NCBI GenBank assembly: GCA_964389655.1
Contig: CAYMED010000002.1
Coordinates: 32,001 to 96,000, forward strand
Reading direction: 5' to 3'
Length of the DNA stretch: 64,000 nucleotides
From: an uncultured Candidatus Poseidoniales archaeon
Lineage (GTDB): Archaea; Thermoplasmatota; Poseidoniia; Poseidoniales; CAYMED01
Shown here: positions 9,803-19,181 of the stretch, one piece after another
Position numbering within the stretch: the stretch's first letter is position 1
Layout of the letters: every line of letters begins with the position of its first letter
Program-made: the position numbers and the translations under genes
The notes under the pieces: generated by a model
What the model saw: only the letters and a program-made list of their open reading frames with translations
The model's database searches: none
Told to the model about the DNA's origin: nothing

Positions 9803-9953
9803 CTTCAATTGGAATTATCTGCACTTGAAATACCGTGCATTAGTGTGGCCGAATCACAAATAGCACATGTGTCTTTAATGGAAGCGGAGGTGTGTGGAGT
9901 AAAGCAGAGTAAATGGGGCGCAATCACCTTATCTCCACTGGAAGGAAAGGGGT
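9803..9953 (+). promoter_or_regulatory. Cluster of ORB-like (Orc1/Cdc6 origin recognition box) direct repeats in the purM/mcm divergent intergenic region
   Basis: CTCCACTGGAAGGAAAGGGGT (9933-9953) fits the archaeal ORB pattern TCCA-N-T(G/T)GAAA...GGGG. A related copy CTTTAATGGAAGCGGAGGTGT (9873-9893) is 14/21 identical. Core-only copies lie at 9819-9834 and 9803-9817. Confidence 0.5.
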
Positions 9954-9989
9954 ATGTGAACGGAGAGTTCATCACCCCCCGCTCGCCCG

Positions 9990-12134
9990 ATGACAGTGAT
10001 TCTCGTGTTTGCAGTAACTGACGCCGGGGCTAGATGGCGTACATTTCTTGAGGAAACACAACACGACATCATCAAAGCCCTCATCCACCAATGGCCAAAG
10101 AACAAACATCTGAAAGTTTCTTGGAATGTGATCCATACATTCCACGCAGAGTTTGCTCTCCAAATATTGGAATCTCCTTCAGTAATGATACAACCGGGGG
10201 TTGATGCTCTTCGAAACCTTTGCTTTGAATTAGGTGCGCCAAATGTAAAATTGAGTCTCCAAATAACAAAACTCCCCCCTGACCATCGTCGCGGGGTTAG
10301 TGCCCTTCGCACGGAAGATGTTGGGCGCTTGATTGCTGTTGAGGCAGTTGTAAGTCGAATTTCTGCAGTCCGCCCGCGCGCTTTACTTGGATTATTCAAA
10401 TGCCGTGGGTGTGGTACTGAAACGCCCATCGAGCAACCCGATGAGCGCATTCTTCGCCAACCGGTTGAGTGCACAGGAACAGAGGGGTCAGGGGGATGTG
10501 GGAAAAGACGTGGCCAAACAGATTGGATTTTTGAATGGCGGAAGGACAAATTAATCGATTCTCAATTTATCGAGATTCAAGACCTCCCTGAAACTGTGGA
10601 ATCCGGGGGCCAACCCGAGCGCGTTTCGACATTGGTCTCAGGCGATCTCGCGGGTATTCTTCACCCAGGTGACCGAATCATTGCCAATGGCTTCCTTGTT
10701 ACACGTCAACAAGGCACCAGCACGCGTGCATCTCCTGTGCTTGATATTCTTCTTGACCTCCAAAGCATCGAGCGCCAAAACCACGCGTATGAAGAAGTAT
10801 CCATTACGGTAGAAGATGAGGAGGAAATCCGTTCAATTGTTGCCCGCGATGACTTATTGGATCTCGTTAGTCGAAGCATTGCTCCTTCAATTGAAGGCTG
10901 GCTTGAAGTGAAACGATCACTCTCCCTTCAATTATTTGGAGGTGTGGCCCGGAGAACAAAGGATGGAAGGCGGCAACGCGGTGATATACACGTGTTGTTG
11001 ATGGGTGATCCGGGGACGGGAAAATCGCAGATCCTTGAATATATGGCAACACTTAGCCCGCGCGGGATGATTGCCTCAGGGCAATCGACTTCCAAAGCTG
11101 GACTTACGGCAACCGCAGTTCGAGATGAAGCAAGCGGTGGTAGATGGACCTTGGAAGCGGGAGCCTTGGTCCTTGCAGATTTGGGATTAGCAGCAATTGA
11201 CGAATTGGATAAAATGAACGCAGAAGATCGTTCAGCCATGCATTCTGGATTGGAACAGCAGCGGATCCATGTCAATAAGGCAGGCATCAATGCAACCCTG
11301 TTCTGCCGCTGTCCCGTTCTAGCAGCTGCAAATCCCCGGCGTAGTAAATTTGACATCAATGATATCTATACAAATCAAATCGATTTACCTGCTTCATTGA
11401 TTAGCAGGTTTGATGTTATTTGGCCTATGGTTGATGAGCCGAATGAGGATCATGATCGGGATATTGTTCAACGGATATTGAAGAATCGAGCTCAAGGGGA
11501 GCCCGAAATGCTTGGATCTGCAAAACGCGGCCAAACAGTTGAGATTCCAAAGCATGAATCACCCCTGATTCGGGACGAGGGCGGTCAAGAAATTCTTTCG
11601 CCTAATTTTGTCCGGAAATATGTGGCATATGCGCGCCGTGCTTGTTTTCCAGTTCTTTCAGAAGAGGCCCAAAAAATTCTAGAAGAATTTTACATAGATA
11701 CAAGAATTCCGAAAGACCGAGAGAGAAGTGAATCGGGTATCGATAAAATCGCCATCACTCCGCGCGGCTCCGAAGGCGCCATTCGTTTGGCAGAAGCTAG
11801 CGCCCGCATGAATCTCCGCGAGACAGTGTTGGCATGGGATGCGGAATTGGCTGTTATGATTATGCGCCACTGGAGGGACAAATTACTCGGCGATGAAGAT
11901 ATAACCTCTATTTATTCAGGTACATCAACAAAAACGAGGGACATTTCTGCAACCATCTACAGCATCGTGCGTGAGAAAATGGATCCACACTCAAATATGA
12001 CTGAAAAGCGCGTAATTCTTGAAGAATGCGCCCGGAGGAATATTCCAGCATCTAAGGTAGAAGAACTTCTCAAGAAAATGTCGGACAAAGGTGAGCTCTA
12101 TTCTCCAGGTTATGGTGAGTATGGCTTTGTCTAA
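9990..12134 (+). CDS. mcm: Replicative DNA helicase MCM
   Basis: Zn finger CRGC...C..CG, Walker A GDPGTGKS, Walker B IDELDKM, AAANP, arginine finger SRFD, C-terminal wHTH. No intein seen. Confidence 0.97.
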   Translation: MTVILVFAVTDAGARWRTFLEETQHDIIKALIHQWPKNKHLKVSWNVIHTFHAEFALQILESPSVMIQPGVDALRNLCFELGAPNVKLSLQITKLPPDHRRGVSALRTEDVGRLIAVEAVVSRISAVRPRALLGLFKCRGCGTETPIEQPDERILRQPVECTGTEGSGGCGKRRGQTDWIFEWRKDKLIDSQFIEIQDLPETVESGGQPERVSTLVSGDLAGILHPGDRIIANGFLVTRQQGTSTRASPVLDILLDLQSIERQNHAYEEVSITVEDEEEIRSIVARDDLLDLVSRSIAPSIEGWLEVKRSLSLQLFGGVARRTKDGRRQRGDIHVLLMGDPGTGKSQILEYMATLSPRGMIASGQSTSKAGLTATAVRDEASGGRWTLEAGALVLADLGLAAIDELDKMNAEDRSAMHSGLEQQRIHVNKAGINATLFCRCPVLAAANPRRSKFDINDIYTNQIDLPASLISRFDVIWPMVDEPNEDHDRDIVQRILKNRAQGEPEMLGSAKRGQTVEIPKHESPLIRDEGGQEILSPNFVRKYVAYARRACFPVLSEEAQKILEEFYIDTRIPKDRERSESGIDKIAITPRGSEGAIRLAEASARMNLRETVLAWDAELAVMIMRHWRDKLLGDEDITSIYSGTSTKTRDISATIYSIVREKMDPHSNMTEKRVILEECARRNIPASKVEELLKKMSDKGELYSPGYGEYGFV

Positions 12135-12181
12135 GCGAGTTCTCAACTGGTCTTTATGTATGGGACGGGAGTGGATTTTCT

Positions 12182-14221
12182 GTGTCCGATCCCTCTGACC
12201 TCGATCTTGTGTCTCTCGGTTTCATGTGCGGGCTTGAAATACACCGCCAACTAGATACTGGCAAACTTCACAGCCGACACCCAAGTGAACTTCATGATTT
12301 AAGAATTGAACAAATGCCCAAAAATTGGCCTAGGGTGGAACGCCGCTTAATTGCAGCAAGCGGTGATTCTGGGGATATTGATATTGCAGCAAGATTTGAA
12401 GCGAGAAGACACAGGACATTTACCTATGTTGGCCCACCAAATGCTGGATTGATTGAATTCGATGAAGCCCCTCCTCAACCCTTAGATCCCGATGCACTTT
12501 CAGCATGCTTGACATTGTGTGGGATGCTCAATGCATCTCCCCTCCCTGTTCTTCAAACGATGCGGAAGACAGTTGTTGATGGATCAAATACTTCGGGTTT
12601 CCAACGAACAACTTTGGTGGCGACAGATGGGAAAATAACAGTCGATGACGTCGACGTTGGAATTGATGTGATTTGCCTCGAAGAAGACTCGGCGCGCCAC
12701 CCCACTGAGCATCGCCCAAGTGCGGATTCAGCATGGTATACTCTTGATCGTTTAGGGATACCATTGGTTGAAATTGCAACGGCCCCAGATATTGTATCCC
12801 CCGAACATGCCAAATTAGTTGCAGCGGAACTGGGGGCCATTCTTGTTGATACGGGAAAAGTTCGCCGGGGTCTAGGGACAATCCGACAAGATCTGAATGT
12901 GAGTATTGGGGCCGGGGTCCGGGTTGAAATCAAAGGTTGTCAAGAACTTAATGATATTCCTTCGATTATACACCTTGAAATTCACCGGCAAATCCATTTT
13001 TACAAACTCGCAAATGAGCTTAGAGAGGAGATTGGACTCGCCCCCCTTCCCCCTCACCGGGACGGCGACGGCATCGCCGATATTGAAGGGGAATGTGACG
13101 TACTTAGTAGGCATATACCTTGTAAGTCGGTTGATGTAAGCCCCTTGTTTGAAAACAGCGAATGCACCATTCTCCGCCAGGTTATCGATGAGGGGGGTCA
13201 GATTCTTGCAGCCGAATTGCCCCACCTTTCTGGTAAATTAGGGCGGAAGGGGGACTTGGTTGGAGATCTTCCTGCGCCCCGTCTCGGTTTGGAATTGGCG
13301 GGTGCAGCGCGGCTTGCAGGCGTTGGGGGTTTATTCCATACTGATGAAATGCCGTCTCGTGGTGTATCTATAGGGGAAATTTCGGAAGTTCGAAATGCCG
13401 TCAACGCTTCTTCTACAAGCGCCGTAGTATTTGTTGGAGCAAAGAAGTGGCAAGCACAACTTGCAATTGAGGCAATTGTATCTCGTGCTCGCTCCGCTTG
13501 GCAGCGGCTCCCATGTGAGGTGAGGGGGGTTTCAGCCGATTGTGCCACGCGCCCCCTCCGTCCTCTTCCAACAGGTGCCCGAATGTACCCTGAAACAGAC
13601 CTCCCCTTGCAAAGAATAGATCTCGACCTATGGGATTTGGTAAAATTGAATATTCCCCCACGTTCAGCAGAGAGAATATCCTACCTTTCAAAATCACATG
13701 GGATTTCAGAAGATCAGGCGATGCAAATTGTTCAGAGGAATTTATATGATGTTTTTGAGGATGGGATTTCAGGCGCGATAGGACATAGCCTTGGCCCGCT
13801 TTCACCTCGCGCATGGGCTCGCATGTTACTTGAAGGAGGGAGCCAATTTTGTGAAGGTTTTACCCCATCCCCCATATTCCTCTTTACCACCCTCCATCTA
13901 TTGGATCGTGGTGTAATTACTCGGGATTCATTCCCCATGATTGGTAAATGGATAATGGAGGGTGAATTTGAGCAAATAGATCCATCGTTGTTATTCGAAG
14001 AATTGAAATCACGCGCGGAATCAGAGGGATTGGGTGTGTTGGAGTCTTCAGTTGTTGAAGAAACAATTGAGAAGATAATGGATGAGCGCGCTGAATTTAT
14101 TGCCGAAAGGGGAATGGGTGCGATTGGTCCGCTAATGGGCGAAGTAATGGCGCGCCTATCGGGAAGAGCCGATGGAAGGGTGGTAAGTGTCCTTTTGAGG
14201 GCAGCAATCGAGCGACGTTGA
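12182..14221 (+). CDS. gatE: Glutamyl-tRNA(Gln) amidotransferase subunit E
   Basis: CGLEIHRQL, VVDGSNTSGFQRT, LEEDSAR, LDRLGIPLVEIATAPD, RRGLGTIRQDLNVSI, RMYPETD motifs, GAD insert and C-terminal Yqey-like tail. Confidence 0.97.
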   Translation: MSDPSDLDLVSLGFMCGLEIHRQLDTGKLHSRHPSELHDLRIEQMPKNWPRVERRLIAASGDSGDIDIAARFEARRHRTFTYVGPPNAGLIEFDEAPPQPLDPDALSACLTLCGMLNASPLPVLQTMRKTVVDGSNTSGFQRTTLVATDGKITVDDVDVGIDVICLEEDSARHPTEHRPSADSAWYTLDRLGIPLVEIATAPDIVSPEHAKLVAAELGAILVDTGKVRRGLGTIRQDLNVSIGAGVRVEIKGCQELNDIPSIIHLEIHRQIHFYKLANELREEIGLAPLPPHRDGDGIADIEGECDVLSRHIPCKSVDVSPLFENSECTILRQVIDEGGQILAAELPHLSGKLGRKGDLVGDLPAPRLGLELAGAARLAGVGGLFHTDEMPSRGVSIGEISEVRNAVNASSTSAVVFVGAKKWQAQLAIEAIVSRARSAWQRLPCEVRGVSADCATRPLRPLPTGARMYPETDLPLQRIDLDLWDLVKLNIPPRSAERISYLSKSHGISEDQAMQIVQRNLYDVFEDGISGAIGHSLGPLSPRAWARMLLEGGSQFCEGFTPSPIFLFTTLHLLDRGVITRDSFPMIGKWIMEGEFEQIDPSLLFEELKSRAESEGLGVLESSVVEETIEKIMDERAEFIAERGMGAIGPLMGEVMARLSGRADGRVVSVLLRAAIERR

Positions 14222-14326
14222 CCGATTATAATGGCTAGTACAGGACCTTTGTGCGCGACGAAGTCTCTATATGATGATCGTCATGGGTAGAGGGGGCCTA
14301 GCCTGAGGCTCCGCGAGGTGAAACCG

Positions 14327-17300
14327 ATGGAAAAACGAATGACTTACCGATCGATAATGTTGACATTGATGCTACTAGTTGCCCTGCCCTTGCCGGCCAT
14401 GGGTGCAGATGATGCAAGACAAGGGACTGTAAACTACGAGGTATTTTTCTCACTTGGAGTAAATGATACATCAATACTTGGACCCAATTTTGTAAACAAT
14501 TCAGGTTGGGCCAGTGGTGCCACTCCACAAGAAAATGTCGAACAGGTTTCTAAAGCCGCAGCACAACTTCTGTGTGATAGCCCTGAATCATTCCTAACAA
14601 CTGGAAGTTCTGGTGGTAAGAATGTGGTTTCGATATGCAATATACCAAGTACTGGTTCTGCAGAATTTGTTCCTTATCAGTGGATGAATAGCTCTAACTT
14701 TTGGTTCAAGGTGGGCATGAACCCAGGAGATACTGAAAAGCAAAACTGTGACAATCCCGATGCTTGGGATCAATGTGCACCGGGGCAAGATTACGCATTG
14801 GCATGGCACGCAGTTGACCGTGCTGATTCAGTAGCCGAGCTTCTCGGTCCAGCAGCATTCCCCAATGCCAAGGATATCGATGCTAATGCAACGTTCAATT
14901 ACGCTTTCCCAGTTTCAGACCTTGGAACTAATTCATGGCGGTGGTATACAGGAACTACAACATCAGCATATAATGCAAATGCTTGGGCGGCTTTTGTCAA
15001 CCTTGGTCTTACCAACAGCACCATTGGTGTAGATCCGGATGTTGAATTAATCCAAGATCAAACATCTCAGTCGACGGGCCCACCACAAATGATTCCAGTT
15101 GCTGGTATTGGATCAATTTACACCGATATTGGCTATATGAGTGGCGGACAAGGATGGGAATGGGTTGCCCACACATGGGATTCACAGCAATCAGTATGGG
15201 CACCTGAAGCAGATATGAATGGAAACGTCACGCCTCTCACGGAAGTACCACTTGACAATAATACCCAGACAACTGTTCTTTTGCTACCTGGCATGTTTAA
15301 TCAAATCATCAAGGATGTTCCTTTCACCCCAGCTAATATGTCTGGTTGGAATGATCAAACACACGGCGAACTTGTTCCTTCCTCTTTTAGCGGTGCCACA
15401 ATCGATGTTGTCGTTGACCCAGAAGGACGTTCTATGACAACTACAACGAGCGTGGATGCGAAAGGATCCGGTGCATACTTAGGTGGTGCTGATGGTTTGC
15501 GCACAATCATTGGCGGACAAACAGAGCCTTATCTAGAGGTTTCTCAATCAGAAATAGACACAATGTCGGCTGACTGTAAGCTAACAACAACCTTCAATGA
15601 GAATGCAAATCTATGTGATGATGAATTTATGTGGGAATTCTTCAACACAAAGTCTCACAATGATCTAAAGGAGATTCAATGGACATCAAGCGGTGTTGGA
15701 ACCGTTAAAGGTGGAGCATGGGATATGGTTTCTGGAACAACGAGTTATTCGCAAACAGGCCTCGTTGGTGGTGCAGAGTCTGCAGCTACAATTACTACAA
15801 CCACAACTGTCTCTTTCGGCGCAAGCCCACGCCTCACAAAATCAATGGCCATCACAGATAGTCTGAGTTTGGACACACTTCACACGACCCCTGTGGTGCG
15901 AGCAAATGGCATTCCAACAGCATTTGGTGGAGGAAACGTAACTGTGAATGTAAATCTAGGTGGATCTTCACAATTCGTTCTTGGTGGCCCAAGTTTGAGC
16001 CAAGCAGAAAAATATGGTGGAGATAGCGTTGCTCAAGCGGTATTTGCCTCGAATGGAAATGGCGGATACACTGTGACAATGTCTGCAATACAATATGCTA
16101 CCATCGAAAAAATAACTCTTCCACTGTCTACTGATGTAGATCCCCCTCAAAAGGCAGCATTTGACTCACCTGAAGATATTGAACAAGGGTCTACTCTAAC
16201 TCTAGTTGGGACTGCTGTGGATGCAGATACTGTGCTTATCGAAATAGGCAATAGACGCTCTCCAACAGTCCAAGAGCAAGAGAATGGAACAACTGAATAT
16301 GGTGGACAGGTTATGGATGGAGCACCCCTCCTTTCACAATCAGTATCAGTTCCATCTAATGGCGACGTTTCCGTCGACCTTGCCAACTTTGCAATTGGAT
16401 GGTGCACCCCCACACAAAATGAACCCTGCAGGTTCTTGGGTTTAGCCACCGCATCTAATTCATTGGGCATGACCTCAGAAACAGATGATTTCCTCGTAAC
16501 AGTCAAAGTTGCATCAGATCCGAAAGTGGCACGACCAAGCATGTCAATCAGCCTAGACGACTTGGGAACATCTGGAAGCATCGATACAGACGCAGGGGAA
16601 TATCTAGTTGAAGGGGCAGTTACGAAACCAGTAGGTTATGACTATTCAGATTGTGTTTATTCAATTTCTTGGAATGAACCTGGACAAGACGCCACCGTGA
16701 ATGCACTTGTCGTACTCAATAATCGGTTTAGCCATTCAATAACGATTGCTGAAGACCAGTCCCTCTTTGTTGAAGTTAGGGCATCATGTGATGCTAACAA
16801 AGGAGGTACATCATATGTGAATCTCCGTGGCTTAAAGTCAGGAACTACAGATCCAGGAACCAACACCAATACCACAACTAATACCACAACCACCCCTACT
16901 GTTTATGCTCTAACAGTTGGAAGTGTTGCAGGGGACATCAGTTCATCAGGTGCTCAAGTAACTGTTACCATGACTGGAGCAGATTGTAGTGGCTGGGATA
17001 CAAAAGGTCTGAAGGTTTCAGTCCAAGTTGACACAATTACAAAGCTGTTTGATGTTGCGAGTTCTCCTGGAAGTTGTGATCTATTCTTGACCGGTTCCGA
17101 TTTGACAGGAATTACCGCAGGCACACATGACTATCTGATTACAGTAAACGATGCCGACGGCAACCTTGTTGATACAAAGTCAGGTAAGTTCACACTTTCA
17201 GAGCAATCTGTAGTTGATACAACAGATGAACCCATAACTGATGTGGCAACCCAAGCGCCAGAAGATGAAGGAGGCCTTCCAGGCTTCAGCGTCATTCTAG

Positions 17301-17359
17301 CGGTGAGTGGTTTCCTCCTTGCAGCCTTTGGAGTATCTTCTCGTAAGCGAGAGGAATGA
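14327..17359 (+). CDS. Large exported surface protein with PGF-CTERM archaeosortase anchor; N-terminal region possibly tandem DUF4430-like domains
   Basis: SD GAGGTG at 14315-14320 before ATG 14327. Signal peptide. Thr-rich linker TNTNTTTNTTTT. C-terminal LPGF + TM + RKR, the canonical PGF-CTERM pattern. Confidence 0.8.
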   Translation: MEKRMTYRSIMLTLMLLVALPLPAMGADDARQGTVNYEVFFSLGVNDTSILGPNFVNNSGWASGATPQENVEQVSKAAAQLLCDSPESFLTTGSSGGKNVVSICNIPSTGSAEFVPYQWMNSSNFWFKVGMNPGDTEKQNCDNPDAWDQCAPGQDYALAWHAVDRADSVAELLGPAAFPNAKDIDANATFNYAFPVSDLGTNSWRWYTGTTTSAYNANAWAAFVNLGLTNSTIGVDPDVELIQDQTSQSTGPPQMIPVAGIGSIYTDIGYMSGGQGWEWVAHTWDSQQSVWAPEADMNGNVTPLTEVPLDNNTQTTVLLLPGMFNQIIKDVPFTPANMSGWNDQTHGELVPSSFSGATIDVVVDPEGRSMTTTTSVDAKGSGAYLGGADGLRTIIGGQTEPYLEVSQSEIDTMSADCKLTTTFNENANLCDDEFMWEFFNTKSHNDLKEIQWTSSGVGTVKGGAWDMVSGTTSYSQTGLVGGAESAATITTTTTVSFGASPRLTKSMAITDSLSLDTLHTTPVVRANGIPTAFGGGNVTVNVNLGGSSQFVLGGPSLSQAEKYGGDSVAQAVFASNGNGGYTVTMSAIQYATIEKITLPLSTDVDPPQKAAFDSPEDIEQGSTLTLVGTAVDADTVLIEIGNRRSPTVQEQENGTTEYGGQVMDGAPLLSQSVSVPSNGDVSVDLANFAIGWCTPTQNEPCRFLGLATASNSLGMTSETDDFLVTVKVASDPKVARPSMSISLDDLGTSGSIDTDAGEYLVEGAVTKPVGYDYSDCVYSISWNEPGQDATVNALVVLNNRFSHSITIAEDQSLFVEVRASCDANKGGTSYVNLRGLKSGTTDPGTNTNTTTNTTTTPTVYALTVGSVAGDISSSGAQVTVTMTGADCSGWDTKGLKVSVQVDTITKLFDVASSPGSCDLFLTGSDLTGITAGTHDYLITVNDADGNLVDTKSGKFTLSEQSVVDTTDEPITDVATQAPEDEGGLPGFSVILAVSGFLLAAFGVSSRKREE

Positions 17360-17501
17360 ATCTCTTTTGGCGCTGAGAAGAAACTAGAGGGGCCTAATCC
17401 CTCCCACCCAAGACAATAAGGTGGACTGTGTCCAATAGTTCGTTTACCACTTGTTTCCCTAAGGGGGAACGACCTAAGTACCGTTGTTCCTCCCTCATTA
17501 C

Positions 17502-17990
17502 ATGGTATGGGGACACTTACAGACATCTATGCTGGTTTGTTTACTGTGTTCCCCCGCACTTTCTGGATGCCTTTCAGACAATGAATCACTTGCTAATCCC
17601 TCTCCCCTTTCCTTTGATGAAGTGGGCCCCCTAAATATTACAGTAACAATAGATTTTGGGCGGTTTTCGAATGAGTCCTTGTCCTTAGTACCTGAACATA
17701 ATTATACCAATATTACCTTTTCACCCTTATTTGCCTCAAATGGTACAACAGCATTTCGGATCATGGAAGCCATTCAAGCTAGAGAAAATTTTTCGATTGA
17801 AGTTACTTATTATGCGGGGATGGGGTCTGAACCATCCAGCGGCGCATTTGTCCATACAATCGATGGCGTTGGACAGCACCCTCCAGAATACTGGATTGTC
17901 TACCACAATGATAAACGTGCAGAAGTCGGTATAGGTGCATTAAAATTAAGTCAAGATTCGACCCTATATTGGGTCCTTGAAGAGTATTAG
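17502..17990 (+). CDS. DUF4430 (transcobalamin beta-domain-like) lipoprotein, putative cobalamin-binding
   Basis: Lipobox LSGC. GAFVHTIDGV...YWIVYHND...VGIG..KL...TLYW matches the DUF4430 pattern. Start taken at ATG 17502 (track uses TTG 17484). Confidence 0.75.
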   Translation: MVWGHLQTSMLVCLLCSPALSGCLSDNESLANPSPLSFDEVGPLNITVTIDFGRFSNESLSLVPEHNYTNITFSPLFASNGTTAFRIMEAIQARENFSIEVTYYAGMGSEPSSGAFVHTIDGVGQHPPEYWIVYHNDKRAEVGIGALKLSQDSTLYWVLEEY

Positions 17991-18035
17991 AGGCTGATGA
18001 TCATAAACGTGGACCATTTCAGGAGATTGATTCAC

Positions 18036-18686
18036 ATGTACCTTGGTCTACACGGGTTGGGGGCAGATTCAGTTCTAATCCAATTGGTAACTGTCTTACT
18101 TTTCCTTTTTGGTATCGTTTTGCTCGTCCCAGACCTGAAAAAAAAGATGTATGCTCCAACCCTATTCATCATTTCTCTTTCTCTTATTGCCACATGGATG
18201 AGAATTCAACTTCAAGTGATCCCTAACGTACAACCAATAACTTGCATTGCGTTTCTCATTGGAGTGCGTTTTGGTCTTCGTCATGGTGGATCTTTTGCTA
18301 TCCTTACCACTCTTGCTTCTAACCATGTACTAGGAACTGGAGAATGGACCCTTTACCAAATCAGCGGATGGTTTTTGGTTGCAACATGTGGTTCATCTCT
18401 CCGCAATTTCATCTCAACAGGTGATGGTGGTTTACATGCATATCGTATTTCACTTATTTGCGCATTTTTGGCTTTCCCATTTGATTGGTGGGTTTCTCTC
18501 CCTGCAGCTAGGTTTGGCATTTCCCCTTACCTTGAATATATCTCAAACGGTCTCATTTTCGATCTTTATCATGCTGTTGGAAATTTATTCTTTGCCCTTT
18601 TCCTTACCCCAATTATGCATCATCTATCTCAAAAAATTCCCACAAAAAACCAAAAAATAAGGTCCGTGGGGATCGTTTCTAAGTAG
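18036..18686 (+). CDS. cbrT: ECF transporter S component, CbrT-like (cobalamin)
   Basis: IPNVQPIT signature, G.WTLYQ..GW, GLIFDLYHAVGN, about 6-7 TM helices. SD AGGAG at 18021-18025 before ATG 18036. Confidence 0.75.
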   Translation: MYLGLHGLGADSVLIQLVTVLLFLFGIVLLVPDLKKKMYAPTLFIISLSLIATWMRIQLQVIPNVQPITCIAFLIGVRFGLRHGGSFAILTTLASNHVLGTGEWTLYQISGWFLVATCGSSLRNFISTGDGGLHAYRISLICAFLAFPFDWWVSLPAARFGISPYLEYISNGLIFDLYHAVGNLFFALFLTPIMHHLSQKIPTKNQKIRSVGIVSK

Positions 18687-18775
18687 TGTTTCTTCCTAAT
18701 AGGATCAAAATATATTTTATCAGCCGAATTGAACTGAAGGCACATGGATAAAAGATTGGTACCCTTGGCAGTGCT

Positions 18776-19174
18776 GTGGCGAAGTGGTGGCGCAAGCAAA
18801 CGCGCAGTGGTGAGCCACATCTTAATCAGAAATTAGCTTGTATTGTCAATAATTCACTGAAAATGGGCAAGGGAAAGATTGCAGCGCAAGTAGGTCATGC
18901 TTGTATCAAGGCTTACCGGGAGTTCTCAATTCATCATCCATCTGAAGCAAGAGCTTGGATAGATGGCGGTGAGAAAAAAATCATCCTCAAAGCGCCATCT
19001 CGTACAGAAATAGAAAAAATTGCAGCAGAAGCAAGAGATGCTGGTTTGGAAACTTACGAAATCAAGGACGCTGGCCACACACAAATACCACCTGGAAGCT
19101 TAACTGTGCTTGCTATTGGACCTGCCAGTGAAAAGAAAATTGACAACATTTGTTCCAACTTGAAACTGCTCTGA
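18776..19174 (+). CDS. pth2: Peptidyl-tRNA hydrolase Pth2
   Basis: LKMGKGKIAAQVGHA, W...GEKKIILK, DAGHTQIPPGSLTVLAIGP and LKLL motifs. Confidence 0.95.
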   Translation: MAKWWRKQTRSGEPHLNQKLACIVNNSLKMGKGKIAAQVGHACIKAYREFSIHHPSEARAWIDGGEKKIILKAPSRTEIEKIAAEARDAGLETYEIKDAGHTQIPPGSLTVLAIGPASEKKIDNICSNLKLL

Positions 19175-19181
19175 ATAACGG

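Noticed and set aside
9794-10021. 75-aa ORF upstream of mcm, or a +1 frameshifted MCM N-terminus starting at GTG 9956
   Set aside because: MCM from ATG 9990 already contains a complete N-terminal domain. The ORF has no recognisable features and overlies the ORB-like/promoter region. An indel cannot be excluded without reads.
9990-12134. Intein or mobile-element-borne MCM
   Set aside because: Normal length, contiguous motifs, housekeeping neighbours and no integrase.
17360-17501. Canonical cobalamin riboswitch
   Set aside because: The conserved GGGAA/T-loop/GCAACTG/B12-box elements were not found on either strand. The region is retained only as an unexplained structured leader.
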